Shown piece by piece: positions 39,191 through 50,366 of a stretch of 64,000 nucleotides of DNA. The DNA is taken from contig NC_086097.1 of NCBI RefSeq assembly GCF_963921235.1, positions 14,694,001-14,758,000 on the forward strand, given 5' to 3'. This DNA is from Mobula hypostoma. Its lineage: Eukaryota. Position numbers and translations under genes: made by a program. Position 1 is the first letter of the stretch. Each line of letters begins with the position of its first letter. The notes under the pieces are model-generated. The model saw only the letters and a program-made list of their open reading frames with translations. It was not told the origin of the DNA and made no database searches.

Positions 39191-40530
39191 TTCCATTCAG
39201 ATGCGGACTATCTCTTCCGTGCAGGTCCCACTCTCCCTGGAAGAGAGCCCAATGATCCAAAATCTTATGCCCTCCCTCCTATACCAACACCTTAGCCATG
39301 TATTAAACTGTATAATCTTCCTAGTTCTGGCTTCACCAGCACATGGCACGGGTAGCAATCACAACGCTAGAGGTCCTGCCCTTTAACTTAGCACCCAGCT
39401 ACCTGAACTTCCTGTGCAGATCCTTGTCCTTCCCATGTCATTGGTACCTACATGGACCATGACATTTGGCTACTCACTCTCCCATTTAAGAATGCTGAGG
39501 ACTCGATCTGAGATATCGCAGACCTTGGCACCTGGGAGGCAACATACCATCCGTGAATCTTATTCTCATCCACAGAACCTCTTTGCTGTACCCCTAACTA
39601 ACAAATACCCTATCACCACAGCTCACCTCTAGAATCCCCTTCCTTTCTGAGTCACAGAGGCAGACACAGTGCAGAGACCTGATCGCTGTGACTTTCCACT
39701 CTTCTGTTATCCCCCTCCTGACAGTATCCAAAGTGGTATACCTGTTGTTGAGGGGGACGGCCACAGGGGTACTCTACACTGGCTGTTTAACCTCTGTCCC
39801 CTTCCTGACTGTCACCCAGTCTCCTGTGCCCTGCACCTTGGGTGTAACTACCTCTCTATATACCTTATCTATCACCACCTTAGCTTCCCACATGATCTTT
39901 AGTTCATCCATTCCAGCTCCAACTCCTTAACGCAGATTGTTAGAAGCTGCAGCTACATGCACTTCTCACAGGTGTAGACGTCATGGACACTGGCGGCCTC
40001 TCTGCCTTCCCACATCCAGCAAAAAGAGCATTCCACTATCCTGCCTGGCATCTCTACTCTTCTAACAGAGCAGATATGCAGATATAAAGAAGAATAAACA
40101 ATAAACTATGTGTGTGTTGGGGGGTGGTGTGAATTCTACCTACAGCTTTTTCACTTTTCCTCACTCGATCCTCTCCTTGCTGAAGCCTCAAAGAGCTAAA
40201 GCTAACTCTAACTCTGTCCACTTCAATGTTGGCCACTCCATCCCTGCCTTACTTTAATTTGTTCTTGTTAATCAATCCCGAATGCTGATTGGGTGCTGTT
40301 GCAAGTCACTGCCTCTTCTAATCAATTGGTAAACCTGAGTGAGTTACGTCTTTTGGGCTTCCAATCTCTCCCACTAGGCGCTGCTCGAAGTTCCAAGTTG
40401 TGGTGAGTCACTGCCTTTCCTACTCAATCACTGAACCTGAGTGTATTATGTCTACGCAGGCTTCTAATCTCCCTGACTGAGCACAGCTCAAAGCTCAGAG
40501 CAGACAACCAACAACATTAGGTATGAAATT

Positions 40531-43500
40531 ATCTTTTTTTTTTGTTTTCTCAGCTCAAGCTGGTAAAACCTGAGGTACAGGCACAGCCAGACACAATCAT
40601 TTCTCAATTGCCAGGAACTTTTGGACTATTCTGGCGATGCTCAGTATTGTGGCTTTCTGAAGATTTACATAAATATTGCTGTGTAGGCCTAGCTGTTTAA
40701 TGTTATTGTGTCGTGACTTCAGGATGATACCAGTTGTATATATTTCTTTTGGGACAATGTATACCCTGTTCCTGTTCCACAGTCTCTCAATTTCCTCTTT
40801 TAATTCAGCATATTTCTGGTGTTTTTCACTTATTGATTTCTGTATGTTATGCGTGTGTGAAATGACAAAATCTATTAAGTCAGTTGTTCTTGCTCATTTT
40901 TCATGTAATGATATATACAGACGATTATTATGGATTGTCCCATCTGTAACAAAGAATCGGTTGTAATATGATTTGTAGAACTCTGAGTCTAAAACTGGAT
41001 TAGGTTTATACCTATATTGAGGTATAGTGCCTTTTGAGAGTTTGTATTTTAAAGGACGATTTTGGCGAATGACACTTACCATTTGATAGTGCCAGTGTAA
41101 TTAATCAGATTGAGTTAAACTGCTGAAGGATCCTGTAAACACAAGGAAATCTGCAGATGCTGGAAATTCAAGCAACACACCCAAAATGTTGGTGAACGCA
41201 GCAGGCCAGGCAGCATCTATAGGAAGAGGTACAGTTGACGTTTCGGGCCGAGACCTTCATCAGGAATCATGGAATAATAAATTCCATTAATGCCCCTCCT
41301 CCTGTTCTTACCCCAACCCCTTATTTATATTTATATTTATTTATTTATTTATTTATCCTTCCTTGTTTTTTCTCTCTCTTTTTTCTCTCTGTCCCCTCTG
41401 GGCTCCCCTCCCCCTTTCTTTCTCCCTAGGCTTCCCGTCCCATGATCCTCTCCCTTCTCCAGCCTTGTATCCCTTTTGCCAATCAACTTCCCAGCTCTTA
41501 GCTCCATCCCTCCCCCTCCTGTCTTCTCCTATCATTTCAGATCGCCCCCTCCCCCTCCCACTTTCAAATCTCTTACTATCTCTTCTTTCAGTTTGTCCTG
41601 ATGAAGGGTCTCGGCCCGAAATGTCGACTATACCTCTTCCTGTAGGTGCTGCCTGGCCTGCTGCGTTCCACCAGCATTTTTGGGTGTGTTGCAGGATCCT
41701 GTATTGTGTTGGATTGTTTCTGGTTTCTCTTGGCATTTTCTGCATTTATTGATTTGAGTTACTTTGTCTTTTATTATATATTTTTGATAATTTTTTGTGT
41801 TAACCACCTGGACCTGTATTGCACGAGGAACTCCTCTGTTTCTGGGAAGAAGTCTCCGACTCCGAGCCAGGCATTTGATGCTTCCTTATCGACATCTAGT
41901 CTGCTCAGATCATGGGGGTGACTTCCATGGAGGGTCAAGCTCTTCCACTAGTTAGCGTTTTTTTCCGTAGTGATAACTTCTTCACTTTTCTGGATTGTGT
42001 TTTCATTTAAGTTTTGTGGTGTGTTTTTCTTATTAGGCTTGCATATACTCATCAGGGGAGTGCTGAATCCTGATTTTGTTGATGAATATATATCTTTAGA
42101 AGTTTTATCTGGCTGTTGTGTAATTGTTTTATGTCTGTTATTCCTCTTCCTCTTTCTGTCCTAGTAGTGTTAATCTAAGTGTGTTTGAGTGTACATTGTG
42201 TTTCTAAAATTTCTCATATCAGTTCTTATTTTTCTTTGTAAATTTTCCAGATTGGTTTCAGACCAAGATTTGATGCCAAAAGAATATGTTAATATGGGTG
42301 TAGTGGAGATATTTATTGCCTTTGTTATATTTTTTACTATTGAGCTCTGTTTGGCAGATTTTCTTAAGTCTCGAAGTAAATTCTATTGAAAGCTTTCCCT
42401 TTGTCACACTATTATCCATTTTTCTTGCTTGTTGATACTTATAACTGTTGTATTGTATTCTGCTGATCTGGTTTATCTTCTATTAGTCTTACTGCACCTT
42501 TTGTTATGTTTAATGTTCTGCACTTGTCTAGTCTTAAGTTCTTGTTTATATCTTTAGAAATAGTTCTACTATTTGAATTATTTGTTTTAGCTTGAAGAAG
42601 CATATAATTTCATATCATCCATGTATAGAAGATGTGCCAAGGTATAGCTCATTTGGTTGTTTCAGATTTGATACCCTATTTTTGTTCAATTCAATAAATT
42701 AGAGAGTGGGTTTGAACTTAGGCAAAGCAATAGTGGGCTTAGAGAGTGGCCCTGAAAAATGCCTCAGTTTATTTTGATAACGGTGTTTTTTTTTTCTTTT
42801 TTGGTTGTTAATAGATAGGGTGATTATAGTAAACCAGTGTTTCATCAGATGTTGTAAAAATTTCACAAGTATTAAATGTAATTTATATATATTAACAACT
42901 TCAATTGACTATGGGTGTGGGATAGAGCCAAATGCCTTTTGGTAGTCAATAAAGCAACATGAATGACTTCTGCTTTTCCTCCGGGCTTGACTTAGAATTA
43001 CAGAATCTATTATCAGTTGTTCTTTACATCCTTTCATACCCTTACCGCATCCTTTCTGCTCTTCTGTAAGTATATTGTGGTCCTCTAAGTGAGAGGTGAT
43101 TAGTTGCGAGATGCATGACGTTACAATTTTATATATAATTTGTAAACAAGCAAATGGACTTTTTTTTGGGATAATTTGTGATTTCCCTTTTAGGTAAGAG
43201 ATATGTTTTACCTTCTGCCAAAAATTAAGAAAAGTGTTGACATCTATTAATGGGTACAGGTGAAGGCAAGTGATTTTTTTAATATAAATAATTATGAACA
43301 TTATCACTGCTGGTACTTTTCCAGTTGTGGGTATTTTTATAAATGCTTTCAGCATATCTATTATAACTTCAGGTATCTGCATTTCTTCAGTTATGTGAAT
43401 GTGTTCTTTTTCCTCCATAATCCAGCTTGCTTTTTGATTGTGTATCACCTTGTTTAACCAAATATTAGACCAAAATTCATTATCTCTGTGTTTGTTGGTA

Positions 43501-44870
43501 ATTCTGTGTTATAGTTGGTGACAATTTGGTGCACTGAATTTAGTTTCTTTGTCCTGCATAAACCTTTTTCATTGTGCCTGAACTGATAATTCTGTTGTCT
43601 CCATCTGGTGCATTTCGTGTACCCATTTAGTCAGGTTTTGTATGCAGCAAGCTTTTGTTTTAGTGTATCTATAAATTCGAGAATACTTTTGTTCAGTTGA
43701 TTGCATCTGGTGTGGATCTTATGTTTCCTTAGTATTTCCTTAGCTTTTCTCTTAACTTTCTTGCTTGGGTTATCCATTTTATACCCTATTTGGCGGGCTA
43801 TTTCTGCTCTTAAGGTTTCAATTTTATTTCTTAATCTCTCCTGCCATTTCTGTGCTCTCATTTCATTACTTAGTTTTGAGTTTCTGTTAATGAGTGCCTC
43901 TAATTTGGAGCCATTGCATTGCACTGTCAATGCTGTACAGTATGTTATTGTATGTAATTCTTCATTTGTTTCAAGTTTTCCTAAATATTGTGGTAATATA
44001 ATATTATTGAGAGTGTTAACAATTTTTGTGAACTTTGATGATGTGTTTTCTTTTGCTAGGTAGGGTTTTTTTGTTAGGTCAGTGCCCACGTATTCTCTTA
44101 GTGTCATGTTAAATGTTAAAATAATTTTGTCTGTAAGCTCAGCTTCATCATCAGCGTTCTGTGGTCTCTACTTCTGTGTTTTTGTTACTACTCTCCAGTT
44201 GTGGAGCAGTTGTTGAAATAATTCTATTTTCATCAGCTCTTCAGGGTGTGGCATCTTCAATTTTTTTTGACTATATTGTCATGGTCTGAAGGTTAGTTTC
44301 TTTCTAGCTCGTGTGCAACTTCATGTTTTATTTGGTTTAACATGTCTATAGGGATTAAGTTTTTTTTGTTATCACTCTATGTTGATCTGCTATTTGTAGT
44401 GCATTTACTTGCATGGAGGGATATTGTACTATAAACTGTTGATGAAGTTTGTCCCTATATCTTGTCATATCAGTCTCAAGTTCCATTACTCGGTAATATA
44501 CACACGTTACAAATATGTTGACTTTTAATGACTATTTCATACGCGTCTTTCTTCTTTTAACTGCTTGAGTGGTTTTGGTGGTAAGTGGCCTGCTCCCCTG
44601 AGAAACACCTGAAGTAGTCACAGCCTGTGGTGTTGGTCGGATACTTTGAATGCTGGCTGTATCTCTTTCAGGTTTCTCGATGCCTGCTCGCCAATTCAAC
44701 AGTTCATCGCAAGCGGTTTGGTTATGGTCATGCCCAGTGCTAGCTCTAGGCATGCCCTGGCGATCCCCAGGCAACGGCAATATCACTTTATTCTCTCTCC
44801 TTTCTAAGTGAAAGGGTATTGCTTTTTATATCTACACCAGATTTTGGTTTCAGCTGCCCCTAGCATGGAG
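40531..44870 (-). mobile_element. Near full-length, decayed R4/Dong (Rex6-like) non-LTR element with restriction-like endonuclease
   Basis: EEQKGCGKGMKGCKEQLIID...FIDYQKAF, GIFQGHSLSPL, HLLYMDD (YMDD at 42614-42625), zinc knuckle CRKCQEKPETIQHNTGSC, and a C-terminal EK..KY endonuclease region. Confidence 0.85.
41137..41692. mobile_element. PLE-derived element with inverted HHR-bearing termini and an internal pyrimidine-rich PLE 3' region
   Basis: TSD aggatcctgt(a) at 41127-41137 and 41693-41703. Inverted arms at ~41172-41265 and ~41598-41691. Confidence 0.88.
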
Positions 44871-45270
44871 AACACAGAACATAGAAATGTACAGCACATT
44901 ACAGGCTCTTCGGCTCACAATGTTGTGCCGACCATGAAACCTACTCTAGAAACTGCCTAAAATTTCCATGCAGCATAGCCCTCTGTTTTTTGAAGCCTAT
45001 CTAAGAAACCCTATTGTACCCGCCTCTACCACCTTCACTGGCAGTGCATTCCACGCACCCGCCACTCTCTGTGTGAAAAACTTACCTCCAATATATCCCT
45101 TGTACCTACTTCCAAGCACCATAAAACTGTGCCCCCTCATGTTAGCCATTTCAGTCCTGGGAAAAAGCCTCTGGCTCTCCACATGATCAATGCCTCTCAA
45201 CATCTTATACACCTCTGTCAGGTCACCTCTCATCCTCTGTCACTCCAAGGAGAAAAGGCCAAGTTCACTC
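44871..45270 (-). mobile_element. CR1 3' fragment
   Basis: MRGDLTEVYKMLRGID...FFTQRVAGAWNALP. Confidence 0.9.
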
Positions 45271-45272
45271 AG

Positions 45273-46048
45273 GTTATTATTGTTATTTTTATTTATTTTT
45301 TCTCAGCTCAAGCTGATAAAACCTGAGGTACAGGCATAGCCAAGCACACTCATTTGTCAATTGCTAGGAACTTTTGGATTATTCTTGTGTTTAGTATTGT
45401 GGATTTCTGAAGATTTACATAGATATTATCCTGTAGCCCTAATTATTTAATGCTATTGCGTGGTGCTCTTGGGATAACACCAATTGCAGATATTACTCTC
45501 AGGACAATGTAAACCTTGTTCATGTTCCAAAATCTTTTGATTTTCTGTTTTAATTCAGCATATTTCTGGTGTTTTTCACTTATTGATTTCTGTAAGTTAT
45601 GTGTGTTTGGAATGGCTATATCTATTAAGTTGTTCTTGCAACACACACAAAATACTGGATGAACTCAGCAGGCCAGGCAGCATCTATGGAAAAGAGTAAC
45701 CTGTCAACGTTTCGGGCCGAGACCCTTCATCAGGACTGGAAAAAACTGAGAAGTTAGAGCAAGGAGGTGGGGGGAGGGAGAGTTGTTCTTGCTAGTTTAT
45801 CCTGTAGTAATATATCTGGATGGTTATTATGGACTATTCTATCTGTAATAATTGATTGGTTGTAACATAAATTGTAGGACTCTGATTATAAAACTGGATC
45901 AGACTTGTATTTATAGTAAGATATGGTGTCTTTTATGAGTTTGCATTTTAAAGCAAGATTTTGGTGAATGATGTTTGCCTCTTAATTGTGCCTGTGGAAG
46001 TAATCAGATTGAATTAAACTGTTGCACGATCCTGTAATGTGTTGGATT
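45273..46048 (-). mobile_element. Second R4/Dong copy, 3' fragment (endonuclease domain and tail)
   Basis: Collinear with 40531-41136. LIDIAIPNTHNLQKSISEKHQKYAEL. A/TAA-rich tail. Confidence 0.85.
45640..45780 (-). mobile_element. Single-arm PLE-derived insertion with an intact-looking HHR core (45703-45736)
   Basis: TSD agttgttcttgc at 45628-45639 and 45781-45792. The minus strand reads GUC-CUGAUGA-AGGGUCUCGGCCC-GAAAC-GUU-GAC. Confidence 0.85.
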
Positions 46049-46087
46049 TATTAATATTATTGTCAACATTATGAGTATTATTTTCTT

Positions 46088-46344
46088 TGTGCCTTGCTTC
46101 ATAAGCTTGACAGCCCTTGTGGATGAGGCTGTGCAAGGCGCATTGCTGAAACACAACATAAGCGCGAGCTGCGCAAGTCCAGAGCCACCAGCGCAACAGC
46201 TGCAGTGCCTACATGTCTGCCCAACGTGTGCCAGGACATCCCGTGCCCGAATTGGCCTGACCAGTCATCTTCGGACACACCGCATCCAGTCTCAAAGTGA
46301 CTAATGGTGTCGAGGTCTTCATCGACGACGATGGACGAACCACG
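46088..46344 (+). mobile_element. RTE LINE 3' fragment
   Basis: HVCPTCARTSRARIGLTSHLRTH C2H2 finger. TSD attattttctt at 46077-46087 and 46345-46355. Confidence 0.88.
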
Positions 46345-46984
46345 ATTATTTTCTTCACCAATTCAGTTGCAATTGATGGAAGAAATCTAAACTTGATGCA
46401 ATTGCTTGAAGTTTTTTTTTGGATTAAAAATACCAAATTTGGTTAAATCCAAATAAAACACAAAAACAAAAACAGGATCACTGAAGCAACCTCAACTGTC
46501 ATTAATTGAGTACTTGTATCCATCTACTCTATGTTGTTCTGTCCCTTACTATCTAATTATTCTGACATCTATTACTTCTTTATTTGCATTTTATCTGTTT
46601 TATCTTGTGCTTATCTGCCTCTATTAATTTCTTGTGCAGTGTACATGTAATTAATTCTCGGCAATAGAACAATAGATATCATTTAATTTGGGATTTCTTT
46701 CTATATTTTAAGGTTTTCTCTCACACAATGTATTCAAATCATTTTTCTGTTTTTTTTTGTTCTAATATTCAAAATCCAGAATCAAATAAAAAATGTCATT
46801 CCCTAAAAAGACACTTATATGACTCATCACAGAAAGTGCTTGAAATACTGTAGCGAACAGAAAGACCTTGTCCTTTGACAGAACTGCACTAGTGGAGGTA
46901 TTCAGCACACTCATACATTAGGAAGTTTGTCCAATTAAATTTATTATTTACACACATCACCATCAGGTGGTAAGGATGGACTTC

Positions 46985-47510
46985 CTCACCTCTGCCCATC
47001 TGACCCTCAACAGAGGTGCCCCCCCAGGCTTGTGTCCTGAGTCCCCTCCTCTGCTCCCTTTACACCCTTGACTGTACTGCCACACACAGCTCCAACCTGC
47101 TGATCAAATTTGCAGATGACACAACATTGACTGGCCTTATTTCTAGCGGTAATGAGACAGCCTACAGAGGAGAGGTTGACACCCTGACCCAGTGGTGCCA
47201 GCACAAGAACCTCTCCCTCAGTGTCCAACAAACAAAAGGGCTCATTGTGGATTATGGATTACAGGAGGAACGGAGACAGGCTTGCCCTGATCAACATCAA
47301 TGGGTCTGCAGCTGAGAGGGTGAGTAGTTTCAAGTTTCTCAGTATGCACATCACCGATGATCTCACTTGGACTGTACATGCCGGCTTTGTGGCAAAAAAA
47401 CACAGCAGCGTCCCTTCCACCTCAGGTGACTGAAGAAGTTCTGCATAAGCCCCCAAATCCTCTTGATCTTCTACAGGGGAACCACAGACTGGCTGTATTA
47501 CCGACTGGTA
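46985..47510 (+). mobile_element. Rex1/Babar-type RT fragment
   Basis: PQACVLSPLLCSLYTLDC...IKFADDTTL. Confidence 0.9.
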
Positions 47511-47519
47511 CCGATAGCT

Positions 47520-48290
47520 TACAAAGCCCAGCTATGAAGTATCATGGAGTAAGCCTGCATACCTCACAGAGTCTCCTCAGCCAGCTTGACTCCATTCAAA
47601 GAAAGGCCCTCAGGATTATAGGTGTAGATGAAGCCACAGCTCGTGAGAAGCTAGCCATCAGTAGCTTACACCACAGACAACAGGTTGCTGTAGCTACTGT
47701 GCTATACAAAATGCACACCAGCCACAGCCCTGCAGACCTTCACGCCATGCTGCCTTCATCTTATGAGAGACGGTGCACCACACGATCAAGTTTATCTACG
47801 CCTGCTCATGCTGTTTCTATACCTGATGTGAGAACCTACACACTGGATAGAAGCTTCCTTCACTGTGCTATCAGAATTTGGAACAGCCTTCCAGATGCTG
47901 TGGTTGGAAACATCTGGGATGATGGGGTCCAAGCCTTCAAGAGTCGAGTGCACAAACACCTATCATCTCTGGGAGGGAAGTCACATGCTTCTTCATAAGC
48001 TATCATGAAGGGGACCAGGATGGCAATGCTTGGTTGATGGTGGGTAGGGTTGACTTTCAAGAGCACTTGTGAGTTATATTTCGGCTGAACTGAGTCCTTA
48101 AACTGTTGGAGAACAGTGTGGAAAGAACAGGTGCTGTTTTCTCCCAGAAGGGATTAGTTTTTAGTTCCAAGTGCTCCTGCCACGTTTTGTCACCCTGCAA
48201 CCTTATCCTTCAATCTCTTTGAATTATGGAGGACAGCATGTGTATAAATGTCTCTCTCCAGCAGACTTCATCATGATCATCATGACTCCA
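47520..48290 (+). mobile_element. CR1/L2-group LINE 3' fragment of a divergent lineage
   Basis: Open frame LDSIQRKALRIIG...SLHHRQQVAVATVLYKM...RSFLHCAIRIWNSLP...FKSRV*, followed by a 3' UTR with an (atc)n-like tail. Confidence 0.8.
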
Positions 48291-48577
48291 GTATTTTTTA
48301 ATGTTTCTTAATTGTACATATGACTTCTCCGTGTTCTATCACTGAGCAGCAGTGAAACATCTGATTGGCCTGTCAGAGTTCTGATTGGGAACTAGCTGAC
48401 TTGATCAGCATTTCTGATCTGGCTATTGTTCACGATTGCACTTAATAAAAAAAAAATGGGAACTGCACCGACTTTGATCATTGGCAGACCTGTTCAGCAC
48501 CATAACATTACATACCAGTGAGAGATATACAGTACTGTGTAAAAGCTTTAGGCACAAGTAAACATAAAGTGAATTAC

Positions 48578-49110
48578 AAACATGAGCAAGTCCACAGATT
48601 CTGGAAGTCCAAAGCAACACTCACAAAATGCTAAAGGAACTCAGCAGGTCAGGCAGCATCTGTGGAAATGAATAAATAGCTGACATTTTGGGCTGAGACT
48701 CTTCTTCAGGACTGGAAAGGAAAGGGAAGATGCCAGAATAAAAAGGTGGGGGAGGGGAAGGAAGTGAAAGGTGAAGCCAGGTGGGTGGGAAAAGGTTGAG
48801 GGCTGGAGAGGAAGGAATCTGACAGGATTGGAGACTGGACAGGAGGAGGGGACCCAGGGGGAGCTGATAGGCAGGTGAGAAGAAGTAAGAGACCAAAGTA
48901 GGGAATAGAAGAACAGGGGAGGGAAGGGAAATATTTTTCACCGGAAGGAGAAATCGATGTTCATGCCATCAGGTTGGAGGCTACCCAGACGGAATATAAG
49001 GTGTTGCTCCTCCACCCTGAGGGTGGCTTCATCTTGGAACAAGAACAGGCTGTGGACCGACACGTCGGAATGGGAATGGGAGTCAGAGTTAAAATGTTCA
49101 TCCAGCGGGA
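48578..49110 (-). mobile_element. Penelope-like element 3' fragment
   Basis: Collinear with 53586-54130: end of the endonuclease, purine-rich UTR and a degenerate HHR terminus. Confidence 0.85.
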
Positions 49111-49395
49111 CTTTGTGATTGAAATCTATGAACGTGAAACATCACCTCTCTAGAATAGGTGTTACAAGGCACTGTGTTATCACTGTAAGAACGTGGACAG
49201 GAGGAATGGAGTAAGTGGTGCAAGGGTAATAACAGCATTGTTGGAGGGCAGCACAGTATCTGGACAATGTAACGAAGAATGTGATGTAGTGTAAGGAAGT
49301 TTGTGAGGCATTGTTGTTAAGGGAGACGCAAGGCCACAGAGAAAGGGGAAATAGAAAGTCAGATTATGACAGAGCAAAAGGGATAATAACTCAGA

Positions 49396-50366
49396 CTGTG
49401 AGGTAGTGACAGAGTATGAGGTAGTGACGGGGAATGTGAGGTAGTGACGGAGAGGGTGAGGTAGTGACGGAAAGAGTGAGGGAGCGATGGAGAGAGTGAG
49501 GTAGTGACGGGAGAGTGAGATAGTGACGGGGAGTGTGAGGTAGTGCCAGTGAGAGTGAGGTAGTGACAGACAGAGTGAGATGGTGATGGGGAGAGTAAGG
49601 TAGTGATTGAGAAAGTGAGGACATGAGGAGTGTGGGGCAGTGAGGTGGTATGTGAGGTAGTGACGAGGAGTGTGAGGAAGTTACAGAGGTTGTGAGGTAG
49701 TGACGGGGAGAGTGTGGTAGAGACGGGCGTGTGAGGTAATGACACGGAGTGTGAGGTAGTGACAGGGATTGTGAGGTAGTAATGAGGAATGTAGGGTAGT
49801 GATGGGGAGTGTGAGGTAGAGACAGGGACTGTGAGGTAGAGACGGTGAGTGTGAGGTAGTGAAAGGGAGTGTGAGGAAGTGTGAGAGATTGTGAGGTAAT
49901 GACGGGGTGCATGAGTTAGTGACGAGGAATGTGAGGTAGTGACGAGTGTGAGGTAGTGTTGGGGAGTATGAGATGGTAACAGGGAGAGTAGGGTAGTGAT
50001 TGAGAGAGTGAGGACATGACGAGGAGTGTGGGGTATAAGGTGGTGTGCGAGGTAGTGATGAGGAGTGTGATGTAGTGACAGGGAGCATAAGGTAGTGATG
50101 GAGATTGTGAGGCAGTGACAGGGAGTGTGAGGTAATGTCGGGGAATGTGAGGTAGAGGGAGAGTGTGAGGTAGTAACAGGGATTGTGAGGTAGTAATGAG
50201 GAATGTAGGGTAGTGATGGGGAGTGTGTGGTAGTGACGGGGTGTGTGAGGTAGTGACCGGGAGGTAGAGGGAGAGTGTGAGGTAGTGACGAGGAGTGTAA
50301 GGTAGTGTCGGGGATTGTGAGGTTGTGACGGGGAGAGTGAGGTAGTGACGGGGAGTGTGAGGTAAC
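49396..50366. repeat. G-rich ~20-bp minisatellite (~48 degenerate units) with a ~400-bp higher-order duplication
   Basis: Consensus approximately GAGTGTGAGGTAGTGACGGG. Variant blocks recur: gtgaggacatga at ~49615 and ~50008, and cagggattgtgaggtagtaatgaggaatgtagggtagtgatggggagtgtg at ~49763 and ~50177. Confidence 0.95.

Larger units (their letters stand above)
30885..40480 (-). mobile_element. Near full-length old CR1 split by nested insertions (pieces ~30885-32028, 34445-34980, 38110-38477, 39190-40480)
   Basis: The pieces are collinear on the minus strand: 3' UTR, LVRPNLEYC, RT, DKSPG/DWRIANV/YRPVSLT, ENAKGFYRYVKSK, then an ORF1 esterase region homologous to 5615-5860. Confidence 0.75.
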
